Shown: positions 8,513-18,145 of the stretch, piece by piece
How the letters are laid out: each line of letters starts with the position of its first letter
How positions within the stretch are numbered: the first letter of the stretch is position 1
Assembly: GCA_038207335.1 (NCBI GenBank)
Contig: JBBQZX010000013.1
Location: 1 to 64,000, forward strand
Direction of reading: 5' to 3'
Length of the DNA: 64,000 nt
From: Chthoniobacterales bacterium
Lineage (GTDB): Bacteria; Verrucomicrobiota; Verrucomicrobiia; Chthoniobacterales; Chthoniobacteraceae
Translations under genes and position numbers: made by a program
The notes under the pieces: generated by a model
What the model was told of the DNA's origin: nothing
The model's database searches: none
Seen by the model: only the letters and a program-made list of their open reading frames with translations

Positions 8513-10504
8513 CTACTTCACTTCCCACTTCTCGCCAAAGAATCCCGCATCGACGACCTCGCCGGGAGCCTTGTCGCTCGGCGGCGTGTCGAGGCCGATC
8601 AACGCCCAGTCGGGCAGCTTCGGCGTCTGCTGGGAATTGGTCTGCGAGCTGCCCTCGCGGAAGGTGAACGTGCTGTTGAGAACCACGTATTTCTTCGGGT
8701 TCAACGGGTTCGGGAAGATCATCACCGGCGCGTGATTCGCAGCCGAGAGGCTCTTCTTGCCGAGCGTCAGTTTCTGCGCCGTCCACTCGATCGGCAGCTT
8801 CGCGAGAACCTTCGCGAGAACCGCGTTGCTCGACGGATCGCCCCACAGCACGAGGTTGGAATTCGCGATGTCGTCGGCCGTCACTGCCGTGTCATCGCGG
8901 ACGCGCGCGTCGCCGCGGAAAACGGTGCGCCACTGCGGGATCGCGCGCTCCATCTCGGACTTCACCCAGCCGCCAACCTTGTCGTTGAGCGGCTTCCCGG
9001 TCGGTCGGACGAAAATGAAGCTGTCCATGAACGCGTCGTCGATCGGGCCGTTGAGTCCGTGTCTTTTGTGCAAGCCCGTCCCGAAATCTGGCGGCAGTCC
9101 CTGCCACTTTCCGCCGAGTTTGCAAAAGCTTGCCTTCCAGAATGGCTTCACCGGCGGGCCGACGAGCTCCTGCCCGTCGATGATCACCCGCGGCGGGTGC
9201 GTCTTGTCCAGCGGCGCGGGCGCGACCGGCAGCGCGATGGTGAATGCCGCGACGTTCTTCGTGCTCACTTTGAATGTCCCCTCATCCACCAGCTCCGCCT
9301 CGATCTGCGCGCGCTCCCAGTGCTCCTCCATCGCGTCGATTTCGATCCACTCCATCTTGTTGTAGCGCAGCGTGTACGTCGTGAAGCGCACCTTCGGCGG
9401 CATCGGCTCGCGTCCCGCGTCCACGAGCGCGGCGAGGCGGCGATCGAGTTCCTTCTTGGTCGCGGGCTCGTATTTGTGCGCGGTCTTCGGGCCGATCAGG
9501 CGCTCCATTTTGATCCCCTCCACCTCGCACGCTTTCTCCATGAGGTCGGCGGATTGCTTCTGCGGATCGATCTCGCCCGAGTAGGCGATCATGTGCGTGT
9601 TCGCGAGATTTTCGGCACAATCCGTCGCGTTGTAGAGATGCCAAAGTTTCTGTTCGTACCACGGCGGCGGCGTTTTCCCCGTCGCGAAGACCTTGTTGTA
9701 AATCGCCGTCTCCGCGAATCCCGCGCCCGGCGACGCACCGACGAACAGCCCCGCGTGATGCGTGCTGATGTGCCAGCACGACGCCCCGCCCATGGAAAAT
9801 CCCGCGACCACGATGCGGTTCGCATCGATCGGGTACCGCGCGCGGACATCCGCCATCGCCTCGAAAAAATCCGTCTCCCCGGCAAACTTGCTCGCGCAGC
9901 AAAAGCGCCCGTAGAGCGACAGCACGAACGCCCCCGCGGGCGAAAACTCGTCCCCCTTCTTCATGTGCGGCGCGATGAAAGCCATCTCCGTGAGCGTCTC
10001 ATTCCGCCCGTGCAGCCAGTCGTAGAGCGGCCGCGGCGTCTTGTCCCCGGCCTTCCAATCCCTCGGCACCAGCAGACCATATGGCTGCACCGACCCATCG
10101 ACACGCGAGCGGTAGCCGCGCACCACCGGCCCCGTCGCGGAGGCCCACGGCGACTGCCCCGCCTTCAGCGCCTTCGCCCGCGCGGCCCCCTCGGCCAGCA
10201 GCGCGCGCGCATCGCCCACCTGCTTCACATTGAAAAACTCATCGTGCCTCAGCGCCCCATCCACGGCCTTGTGGAAAATCTCGATGTCGGGAATCAGCGC
10301 GGCATTGGCGGGCTTGCTCGCCAGCTCCGCGATGTCGCGCGCCAGAGCAGCGGCACCCTCGGTGAGTTCCTTGCGATCCGCGTCCGGGATTTTCACCCCC
10401 GGCGGCGGAGTCTGTTTGCTCGCAGCCGGGACGGGCGCGGGGAGTTGCGCAAAAGCCGACGCGGCAGACAACGCGACGGCAGTGAGAATCGGGAGAATAT
10501 TCAT
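8513..10504 (-). CDS. Secreted alpha/beta-hydrolase (prolyl oligopeptidase/esterase-like)
   Basis: Signal peptide; DGSVQPYGL, WLHGR, nucleophile elbow GFSMGG, YSGEID and TAHKY. Start at MNILPIL. Confidence 0.8.
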   Translation of the reverse strand: MNILPILTAVALSAASAFAQLPAPVPAASKQTPPPGVKIPDADRKELTEGAAALARDIAELASKPANAALIPDIEIFHKAVDGALRHDEFFNVKQVGDARALLAEGAARAKALKAGQSPWASATGPVVRGYRSRVDGSVQPYGLLVPRDWKAGDKTPRPLYDWLHGRNETLTEMAFIAPHMKKGDEFSPAGAFVLSLYGRFCCASKFAGETDFFEAMADVRARYPIDANRIVVAGFSMGGASCWHISTHHAGLFVGASPGAGFAETAIYNKVFATGKTPPPWYEQKLWHLYNATDCAENLANTHMIAYSGEIDPQKQSADLMEKACEVEGIKMERLIGPKTAHKYEPATKKELDRRLAALVDAGREPMPPKVRFTTYTLRYNKMEWIEIDAMEEHWERAQIEAELVDEGTFKVSTKNVAAFTIALPVAPAPLDKTHPPRVIIDGQELVGPPVKPFWKASFCKLGGKWQGLPPDFGTGLHKRHGLNGPIDDAFMDSFIFVRPTGKPLNDKVGGWVKSEMERAIPQWRTVFRGDARVRDDTAVTADDIANSNLVLWGDPSSNAVLAKVLAKLPIEWTAQKLTLGKKSLSAANHAPVMIFPNPLNPKKYVVLNSTFTFREGSSQTNSQQTPKLPDWALIGLDTPPSDKAPGEVVDAGFFGEKWEVK

Positions 10505-10810
10505 GCGATCACGAGCGAAGCAAAATCCGCCGCGCGATGCACGCCACACGTTCGTTGCCATCCAGCGGTCCGTTTTATAGCACCGCCCATGAAGGCTGAC
10601 TCCTCTCTCGTTACAGGCGGTCTCACGTTACCAGTTTTTATCAGAGCACCAACGCCACCGTCGATCAGATCCTTACCGCGGCCGAATGCGCCGCCGTGAC
10701 CCAAACCCCTCGTTCACGCGGATCGGCCGAGACTGCACGCAGACTCGAACTTCCGCTTGCCCTCGCGCTGCGCGTGTTGAACGCTGGTTGTGCCGTCGGT
10801 TCCCTTTCCC

Positions 10811-12499
10811 ATGCGTCCTATAACTCTCCGCAATCTCCTGCGGCTTCTGTTCATCGGAATCGGGAGTGTCGCGCTCACGTGTGGGCTGGGGGGGTGTCTA
10901 TTTGCCTCACTGGAGGTGCTGAGCGTGTATCCGAGTCTTGCGAGACCCGGTGACACGGAATTGCCCATCGCGGTGAATTCCATTTGGGATGGCGGTGATG
11001 AGCCCGATTTTCTCTCCGTAGTAAATCTGGACAATTCGCCAGCGACGGACGTCATCTTGACCGACGTCAGGCGTGAGCTCATCCCCCAAAGCGGCAACCA
11101 CACGTTTAGTGCCCGCCTAACGGTCACGCCCACGGCGGTGCCGCGTGTGGTCCTGATGAAGGTGACCACGCTGATCCAGGACGACCCCAACCGTCCGATC
11201 TCGGATACCATTCCGTTCACAATCGGCGAGCCACCGCGGATCGACGAAATCGTGACGGCCGGCGGCGCGGGGGCGTCGGCGTTCGCGGCACGAACCTTCG
11301 CAGGAGCGGTGGCGGGATTTGAACGGGGTCGGGCGGTGCCGGTGGAAATCCGTGGGGCGGGCTTCGATGCCACGGCGCAGGTGCTGGCGGAAGATCCGGC
11401 GATGCTTATCACGGGCGTCTCCTTTGATGATAATTCGGGAAGCCTCTTCGCAACCATCACGACGCCGGCCAATGGCCGGACGGGTCGCCTGAGGATTTTC
11501 GTGCAATCGGCGAGAGGGATCAGCAATTTCTTTGAACTGGCCGTGCGCGCGGTCCCCGGCGGGGGTGGGGATGAGCCGCGCATCGATAACATCTTTCCGA
11601 ATTTTGTGTATCCCGGATCGGACCCGAGTGAATTCATCGCAATGGGAGCCAACCTGCAGAATCCCTCCGGCCTCGCGTTTGCGCCGGCAGTGGCCACTGT
11701 TGAGGATGTTGAGGAGTTTTTTCCGAGCCAAGCCCGGCTGGGATCGCAGCTCTACATCAGCTTTGTCCTGCCAAGTCCCGCCCCGACGAACACCCTCGGC
11801 TTGATGGTGTCCACAGAAAACGGGACGCTCATCTCAAACGCGGTGACGCTCGCGGTTTTGGATGCCGCCAATCCCACCGGCCCCGAGATATCGACGCTCG
11901 ATCCCTCCGTGACTGCGGTCGTTTCGGACTCGGTGTTCCAATTCAAGATTTTCGGAAGCCGTTTCGGTTCGACCGGCCCGACGGCGCTCCTTCACTTCGC
12001 ATCCCTTTATGATGATCCGATTCGCGGAGTGCGTCTTTTTCCGCCTTCGTCGCCCCAAGCGGCGGAGAACACGGTGGTCGTGCAACTGGACCTCGCGCTC
12101 ATCGCCGAGCAGGAAAATCAGAATAACGGTTACTTTGCCCTAAATGTGAACGGCTTGATTACGCAAGCGTTCGGTATCGGCTTTGTTGAGCCCCCGATTA
12201 CGGGGCCTTTTGTCTCGCGAACGAGCATCGGCGAGATCGCTCGCGGCCAAACGATCACCGAAACCATCCTTGGTGCCCGGCTCACGAATGTGACCGGGAT
12301 CATCTTCCCCGACACCCCTATCTCAGGCCGGGTCACAGTCTCGAATATCGTCCAGTCCACCGATGGCGGCGCGTCCTTTACCGCCGATTTCACCGCCAGC
12401 TCGACTGCCATCCTTACGGGCGACTCGCTCACGAATTTTCAGGTCGTTACCACCGGCAATGTTCGCAGCAACCGGTCCGGATACATCGTCAAGCCCTGA
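10811..12499 (+). CDS. Exported (possibly lipo-) protein with repeated IPT/TIG-like Ig domains
   Basis: Hydrophobic N-terminus with LGGC. Recurring P.I..(I/L).P ... G.(N/R/G)(F/L) starts (PRIDEIV, PRIDNIFP, PEISTLDP, PFVSRTS); beta-rich composition. Confidence 0.6.
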   Translation: MRPITLRNLLRLLFIGIGSVALTCGLGGCLFASLEVLSVYPSLARPGDTELPIAVNSIWDGGDEPDFLSVVNLDNSPATDVILTDVRRELIPQSGNHTFSARLTVTPTAVPRVVLMKVTTLIQDDPNRPISDTIPFTIGEPPRIDEIVTAGGAGASAFAARTFAGAVAGFERGRAVPVEIRGAGFDATAQVLAEDPAMLITGVSFDDNSGSLFATITTPANGRTGRLRIFVQSARGISNFFELAVRAVPGGGGDEPRIDNIFPNFVYPGSDPSEFIAMGANLQNPSGLAFAPAVATVEDVEEFFPSQARLGSQLYISFVLPSPAPTNTLGLMVSTENGTLISNAVTLAVLDAANPTGPEISTLDPSVTAVVSDSVFQFKIFGSRFGSTGPTALLHFASLYDDPIRGVRLFPPSSPQAAENTVVVQLDLALIAEQENQNNGYFALNVNGLITQAFGIGFVEPPITGPFVSRTSIGEIARGQTITETILGARLTNVTGIIFPDTPISGRVTVSNIVQSTDGGASFTADFTASSTAILTGDSLTNFQVVTTGNVRSNRSGYIVKP

Positions 12500-12521
12500 T
12501 CATTCTCTCTTTGCGACTCCC

Positions 12522-13220
12522 ATGAAAACTTCGCCTGTCCTGCTTCTTCTCTCGGTCGCGCTTTTCGCAGCGCGTCCGGTCACGGCAGACCCGCTGGTCT
12601 CGGGCGTATATCATGTGACGGTTCCGCTCGGCCCGGTTTTGCTGAATGGACGCTATCCCGTAATCGTCAATGAAGGCGTCGATGGGCGCACGGCAAAGGA
12701 GGGACGGCTCGATGTCACGACTTCGGGGACGGGTGCCATCAGCGGAAAGATCGAGATTTACGCTCAAGTGGCCACCGTGACCGGACAGATCAAAACGCGC
12801 AAAAGCGGTGTGACGCTGAAGTTCAAAGGCCGCACGGAGGGCGGGAAGTTGGTCAGGGTGAAATCCACCCTCGACGGCACCGCCTTCACCGGAACGGTGA
12901 AACTCGGGACGGCCAAGGGCCCGGCCCGCATTGATGTCGATGGGGTTGCTCCGGCGCAGCTCGATTACACGCTCACGCTCACCGTGGCGGAAAATGGCAA
13001 GCTCAGCGGCACCGGCACCCTGCGGAGCGACGCGTCAACACAGTCGGTGGAAGTCCAGGGAAAGACCAAATCCTCGAGCGCTACGCTTCGCGTCATCGGG
13101 GATAAGACGATGTTCGAGGGCAGCGGGCCGATCGCCGGTGCTGGATTCACGGCGAAGTGGAAAGCGCAGGCGCTCGGGGCGCTCGTAAACGGCACGAACC
13201 TCCCTGTGACTCGCCAATAA
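12522..13220 (+). CDS. Secreted hypothetical beta-rich basic protein
   Basis: Signal peptide MKTSPVLLLLSVALFAARPVTA; rich in G/T/K; 22 bp after the upstream gene. Confidence 0.65.
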   Translation: MKTSPVLLLLSVALFAARPVTADPLVSGVYHVTVPLGPVLLNGRYPVIVNEGVDGRTAKEGRLDVTTSGTGAISGKIEIYAQVATVTGQIKTRKSGVTLKFKGRTEGGKLVRVKSTLDGTAFTGTVKLGTAKGPARIDVDGVAPAQLDYTLTLTVAENGKLSGTGTLRSDASTQSVEVQGKTKSSSATLRVIGDKTMFEGSGPIAGAGFTAKWKAQALGALVNGTNLPVTRQ

Positions 13221-13398
13221 CGCGGCTGCTGGAAAAGGTCATCCGGCTGGTGCGAACGATGGGAGAACATCGCGACGTGTACCGGAGCCGTCGTGCGCAA
13301 CAGCGCGGCTGGATCCACTGCCGAACACCAAACGGGGTTCGACGACCTGAATTGCGCCGTTCGCGGCAGGGTTCGCTCTTTCCGGCGTACCGCGTCGC

Positions 13399-15516
13399 CT
13401 ATCGCAGTGGTAGGTGCCAAGTCTCGTTAAAAAAGCCTGCATCGACGACCTTGCCCGGCGACTTTGCGTCCGGCGGCGTCGTGATGTCGATAATCGCCCA
13501 GTCCGGCAGCTTCGGCGTCTGGTCGGCGTTGTTGAGCAGCGCCTGCTCGCGGAAGGTCACGCCGCTGTTGAGCACGATGTATTTCCGGGGATTGAGCGGG
13601 TTCGGGAAGATGAGCAGCGGGACGTGAGTCTTCGCGTCGTAGCTCTTGCCGCCAAAAAGCAGTTTGTCCCCGCTCCACTGATACGGCAGCCCGAGCGGGT
13701 CGCCGCTGTGCCCGCCGTCGCGCACGCCGAGCGTGGCCATGCTCTGGAGCACTTTGCTGGAAGCCGGGTCGCCGAAGACGATGAGGTTTTTCTCCGCGAT
13801 GTCCTCCTTCGTCAGTGCCGTGTCATCCTTCACCGGAGCCTCGCCACGGAAGACTTTGCGCCAAAACTCCATCGCGTGCTTCAGTTCCGCATCCGCCCAA
13901 GCACCCACCTCCGGGTTGGCCGCCTTGCCCGTCGAGCGGACAAACAAAAAAGGCGACATGAACGCGTGGTCGATCGGGCCGCAGAGATCCACGTTTTTGC
14001 CGCTCGCTGGGAGGGTCTTAGCCGTGCCGGGAAAGGGGCCGACCAGCTTCCACTTCCCTCCGTCACGCCGGAGTGTGACGCCGCGCGTCCCCGCTTTCTC
14101 GGAAACCACCAAGCCGTCGATCGTGATTCGCCCCACGTCCGGTGCTGCCGGTGGCATGAGGATTTGCAGCCCATCAACGTTGCTCGTTTTTGCGGTGATG
14201 TCACCGCTGCCGCTCAGCTCCGCTTCCACATCCGCACGTTCCCATTCCTTATCCATGCCGGTGACCGTCACCCAATCCTGTCTCGGATAAATGAGCGAGT
14301 AGGTCGTGAGATGCACCTTTTTCGGCATCGCCACGTGTTTCTCCACCGCCGCGCCGACCAGCTTCTCCACCTCCGGTTTTTCCTCCGCGATGACCTTGTG
14401 CGCGGTCTTCGGGGCGATGATGTGGTAGAGCGCGAGGTCCGGCGCGGTGTCGGTGACGCGCGCTTCCTCGGCCTTCGGCGAGCCGTCGCCGGGTGCGACT
14501 TTCCCAGGCTCCGCGACGGGCGGATGCGCGTTGCCCGCCTCCTGCCGCGCGTAGCGGATCATGATGTCGGCGGCTTGCTTCTGCCCGTCGATCTCGCCGG
14601 AGTAGGCGACGGTCGTGGTGTTCGCGAGATTCGAGACGTAGCCGGTGGAGTCGTACCAGCGCCAGAGTGTCTGCTCCCACGGCGGCGGCAGTTTTTCCGG
14701 CGTGTCGAGGTGGAGAAACTCTTTGCTTTCGCCAAAGCCCGCGCCCGGCTGCACCGCCGCCCACATCCCCGCGAAGTGCGTGCCGAACTGCCAAGCGCTC
14801 GCGCCGCCCATCGAGAATCCGCGCACCACGAGCCGTTTGTCGTCGATCGCGTAGTGGGTCTTCGCATTCGCGAGCGCCTCGAAGAGATCGACTTCGCCCG
14901 CGAATTTATTCGCGCAGCAGTAGCGCCCGTAGAGGTGCAGGACGAACGCGCCGGGCGGCGTGTAATCGCCTTTGTTGTGCATCCGGTCCTCGAGGAAGTT
15001 CAGCTCGCTCAGCTTCTCGCCGCGCCCGTGGCACCACAAATCGAGGCGGCGCGGCGCATCGGCGGGCTTCCAGTCGTCGGGAATGACGAGGCCATACGGC
15101 TGCACGGAGCCGTCGATCTTCGAGATGTATCCGCGCACCACGAGCCCGGTCGCAGTGGTCCACGAAGGCTTGCCTTCGCGCAATTCCTTCGCGCGCTGCA
15201 TCCCGAGCGCGAGCTGCGCCTTGGCTTTCGCGATCTCTTTCACGTCGAAAAACTCGCCGTAGCGCAGCGCCCAGTCGGCGGCTTTGTGGAAGATCATCAC
15301 GTCTGGAAGAAGTGCGCTGATCTCGGGCTTGCCCGATTTTCGCAGCGCATCGATCTCGCCGCCGAGTGCCGCGATGCCGGCCTCGAGTTCCTTGCGATCG
15401 GGCTCCGGCACAGCGACTCCGGGCGGCGGGACGGGGCGGACTTCAGCGCGGGCTTGGGTGAAAAATGCGGACGCCGCAGCGAGCGCACAGACGAGGAGGA
15501 GTGGGCGAGGGGACAT
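13399..15516 (-). CDS. Secreted alpha/beta-hydrolase, paralog of 8513..10504
   Basis: Signal peptide; DGSVQPYGL, YGRYCCANKFAGE, GFSMGG and YSGEID. Shares the C-terminus QTPKLPDWA...VVDAGFF with its paralog. Confidence 0.8.
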   Translation of the reverse strand: MSPRPLLLVCALAAASAFFTQARAEVRPVPPPGVAVPEPDRKELEAGIAALGGEIDALRKSGKPEISALLPDVMIFHKAADWALRYGEFFDVKEIAKAKAQLALGMQRAKELREGKPSWTTATGLVVRGYISKIDGSVQPYGLVIPDDWKPADAPRRLDLWCHGRGEKLSELNFLEDRMHNKGDYTPPGAFVLHLYGRYCCANKFAGEVDLFEALANAKTHYAIDDKRLVVRGFSMGGASAWQFGTHFAGMWAAVQPGAGFGESKEFLHLDTPEKLPPPWEQTLWRWYDSTGYVSNLANTTTVAYSGEIDGQKQAADIMIRYARQEAGNAHPPVAEPGKVAPGDGSPKAEEARVTDTAPDLALYHIIAPKTAHKVIAEEKPEVEKLVGAAVEKHVAMPKKVHLTTYSLIYPRQDWVTVTGMDKEWERADVEAELSGSGDITAKTSNVDGLQILMPPAAPDVGRITIDGLVVSEKAGTRGVTLRRDGGKWKLVGPFPGTAKTLPASGKNVDLCGPIDHAFMSPFLFVRSTGKAANPEVGAWADAELKHAMEFWRKVFRGEAPVKDDTALTKEDIAEKNLIVFGDPASSKVLQSMATLGVRDGGHSGDPLGLPYQWSGDKLLFGGKSYDAKTHVPLLIFPNPLNPRKYIVLNSGVTFREQALLNNADQTPKLPDWAIIDITTPPDAKSPGKVVDAGFFNETWHLPLR

Positions 15517-15641
15517 GTGGGAGAAGAGAGCGCGGAGGGGTGCGATTCTTTGGCGGAAATGCGGATCAAAGTAAATGCGCCGCCTGCGACGTGCCCGTTT
15601 TCCCCTTTACCCGCCTCGGCCGCGCCACTTCCCTCCCGCCC

Positions 15642-16388
15642 ATGCACTGGCTCACCGACCCGCAAATCTGGATCAGTCTCCTGACGCTCACGCTGCTCGA
15701 GATCGTGCTCGGCATCGACAACATCATCTTCATCTCGATCCTCGCCGGGAAGCTCCCGACCGAGCAGCAAGGCAAGGCGCGCACCCTCGGACTCGGCCTC
15801 GCGCTGATCACCCGCGTCCTTTTACTCCTCACCATTTCGTGGCTCGCCTCGCTGACCGCGCCGATCCACCCGAGCTTTGCCTTTCAAGATCACGCCTTTT
15901 CCTGGCGCGACATCGTGCTGCTGAGCGGCGGACTTTTCCTGCTCTGGAAAAGCGTGCATGAAATCCACGGCAATCTCGAAGGCGAGGAGCACGCCAAATC
16001 CAGCGGAGTGAAAGGCGCGTTTGCAGCAGTGATCGCGCAGATTGTCGTCGTCGATATCGTCTTCTCCCTCGACTCCGTCATCACTGCCGTCGGCATGACG
16101 AATAACTTGCCGGTCATGGTCACCGCGGTCGTCCTCGCGATGGCAGTGATGATGCTTGCGTCGGGTGCTATCAGTGACTTCGTCAACAGACACCCGACGA
16201 TCAAAATCCTCGCCCTGAGTTTCCTTATTCTGGTCGGCGTGATGCTGGTCGCCGAGGGCTTCGGCCAGCACGTGAGCAAGGGCTACATTTACTTCGCGAT
16301 GTCGTTCTCCTTCGCGGTGGAAATGCTGAACATCAAGATGCGCGCGAAGCGGAAGACGAAGCCGGTGGATCTCCGGTCGGGTTACTGA
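15642..16388 (+). CDS. TerC family integral membrane protein
   Basis: LEIVLGIDNIIFI, DIVFSLDSVITAVG, HPTIKILALSFL and KGYIYFAM.FS..VE. Confidence 0.92.
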   Translation: MHWLTDPQIWISLLTLTLLEIVLGIDNIIFISILAGKLPTEQQGKARTLGLGLALITRVLLLLTISWLASLTAPIHPSFAFQDHAFSWRDIVLLSGGLFLLWKSVHEIHGNLEGEEHAKSSGVKGAFAAVIAQIVVVDIVFSLDSVITAVGMTNNLPVMVTAVVLAMAVMMLASGAISDFVNRHPTIKILALSFLILVGVMLVAEGFGQHVSKGYIYFAMSFSFAVEMLNIKMRAKRKTKPVDLRSGY

Positions 16389-17608
16389 AACCTCGGCGGA
16401 TTTTTGTCCGCGCGCATCTGCGCGAGGAGGGTGTTCGCAGCGGCTTTCGCGAATGCGAGATCGTTGATCCCGCACCCGATCTCGATGGTCGTGATGTCGC
16501 CGCGCAGGTGCGATTTCAACGCCTCGAAAAGTGCCGCATCCGCCGCCGGATCGTAAAACGGCTGACCCTCCGCACTGATGATGCTGACGGCTTTCTGCGG
16601 GATCAGCACGGTCACCGGGCCAGTCGAGGCGTTTACTTTCTCCGCGATGATCTTGCCGAGCTGCGCGCACTCTTCCGCGCTCGTCCGCATGAGTGTCACC
16701 TGTGGATTGTGATGGTAAAACGTGCGGCCCGCGAACCGCGCGGGGACAGTCTCGGGTGCGTGGAAATTCACCATGTCGAGGCAGCCCGGCGCGACTACCG
16801 CGGGCACGCCCATCTTCGCTGCGGCATCGAGACGCGACGGCCCGGCGCCGAGCACGCCGCCGACGAGTTCGTCCGCCCATTCGGTCGTCGTGAGATCGAG
16901 GACACCGGCGACGAGTCCGCTCTCGATGAGCGTCTCCATCGTGCGCCCGCCGATGCCGGTCGCGTGGAAAACGAGCACCTCATACCCCGCGTCCTCGATG
17001 ATCGCTTTCGCCTGCTGCACGCATTCCGTCGTATTGCCAAACATGCTCGCGACGACGATCTGCTTGTCCTCGATCGCGGGCATTTCCGCCTCGACCATGC
17101 CGCAAATCGCGCCTGCAGCGCGCGTCAGGATTTGCCGCGAGATGCGGTTGAGCCCCGCGACATCGACGATGCTCGGCATCATGACGATGTCCCTCACTCC
17201 GACGTATTGCGCGGTGTTGCCGCTGGCCAAAGTGGAGACCATCAGCTTCGGAAAACCGATCGGCAGCGCGCGCATCCCCGCGGTCGCGATAGCCGTGCCG
17301 CCGCCACCGCCGAGTGAGATGACTCCGTCGATTTTTCCGTCCGCAAAAAGCTTCGCAAGGATGACCGGCGCAGCCTTCGAAATCGCAGCCACAGCCTCTC
17401 CACGGTCATTGCGCGCGACGATTTCAGCGAGGTCGATACCAGCGAGCGCGGCGACCTCTTCCCTCGAAACGTCGGGCTGAATGATCGGCGCGCCGACCGT
17501 GCCGACATCGATGATGAGCGTGCGATGGCCGCGCTTGCGAATCTGCTCGGCGACGAAGCCGTGCTCGTCGCCTTTGGTGTCGAGTGTGCCGAGAAGAGCG
17601 ATGGTCAT
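16382..17608 (-). CDS. Tm-1-like ATP-binding domain protein (UPF0261)
   Basis: GTLDTKG.E, GGGGGT, LPIGFPKLMVST, SMFGNTT and PGCLDMVNF. Confidence 0.9.
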   Translation of the reverse strand: MTIALLGTLDTKGDEHGFVAEQIRKRGHRTLIIDVGTVGAPIIQPDVSREEVAALAGIDLAEIVARNDRGEAVAAISKAAPVILAKLFADGKIDGVISLGGGGGTAIATAGMRALPIGFPKLMVSTLASGNTAQYVGVRDIVMMPSIVDVAGLNRISRQILTRAAGAICGMVEAEMPAIEDKQIVVASMFGNTTECVQQAKAIIEDAGYEVLVFHATGIGGRTMETLIESGLVAGVLDLTTTEWADELVGGVLGAGPSRLDAAAKMGVPAVVAPGCLDMVNFHAPETVPARFAGRTFYHHNPQVTLMRTSAEECAQLGKIIAEKVNASTGPVTVLIPQKAVSIISAEGQPFYDPAADAALFEALKSHLRGDITTIEIGCGINDLAFAKAAANTLLAQMRADKNPPRFQ

Positions 17609-17615
17609 TTGGAGA

Positions 17616-17728
17616 GGTTGAGAGTTGAAAGTTGAGAGTTGAGAGCCGGAAAAAGGCAGCGCGCTTGCCAAGCCGCGTGCGGGATGCAACCTCCCCATCT
17701 CTCAACTCTCAACCTTCAACTCTCAACC
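17616..17728. repeat. Two inverted 30-bp blocks of (CTCTCAA)-type heptamer repeats
   Basis: 17616-17645 reverse-complements to CTCTCAACTCTCAACTTTCAACTCTCAACC; 17699-17728 is CTCTCAACTCTCAACCTTCAACTCTCAACC (1 mismatch). Confidence 0.85.
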
Positions 17729-17734
17729 GTCCCA

Positions 17735-18145
17735 ATGACTCCCTGGCACTTTCTCACTTACGCGCAGACCGAGCACGAGCCCGTGCCGCCGGGGCGCGAT
17801 CATCATTGGTTCGTGAAGCCGAATACCGAGCAGAGCGACACGCTGGTTTTCGTCCGCGCGCAGCTCGCACCGGGTGCTTCGCACGCCTTTCACAATCATC
17901 CCGAGATGGATGAAATCATCTACGTGCTCTCGGGCGAAGCGGAGCAATGGTACGAGCGCGAAAAGCGTACGCTGCGGGCCGGCGATGCTGTGTACATCCC
18001 GCGCGGCGTGATTCACGGGACCTACAACTCAAGCGACGCGGAACTGGATTTTCTCGCGATCCTCACGCCCGCGAAAATCGACGGCCCGATGACCGTGGAG
18101 GTCGTCGATCAGGAGCCGTGGAAGTCGCTGCGCCCGGAGCGCTGA
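17735..18145 (+). CDS. Cupin domain protein
   Basis: HAFHNHPEMDEIIYVLSG ... L.AGD.VYIPRGV.HGTYN cupin motifs. Confidence 0.88.
   Translation: MTPWHFLTYAQTEHEPVPPGRDHHWFVKPNTEQSDTLVFVRAQLAPGASHAFHNHPEMDEIIYVLSGEAEQWYEREKRTLRAGDAVYIPRGVIHGTYNSSDAELDFLAILTPAKIDGPMTVEVVDQEPWKSLRPER

Noticed and set aside
6974..10699. 1241-aa plus-strand ORF
   Set aside because: Antisense shadow of the epimerase and hydrolase genes; Arg-rich with no motifs.
13414..15684. 756-aa plus-strand ORF (also 2640..4325, 24864..26513 and 51386..52786)
   Set aside because: Shadow ORFs opposite well-supported genes, expected at high GC.
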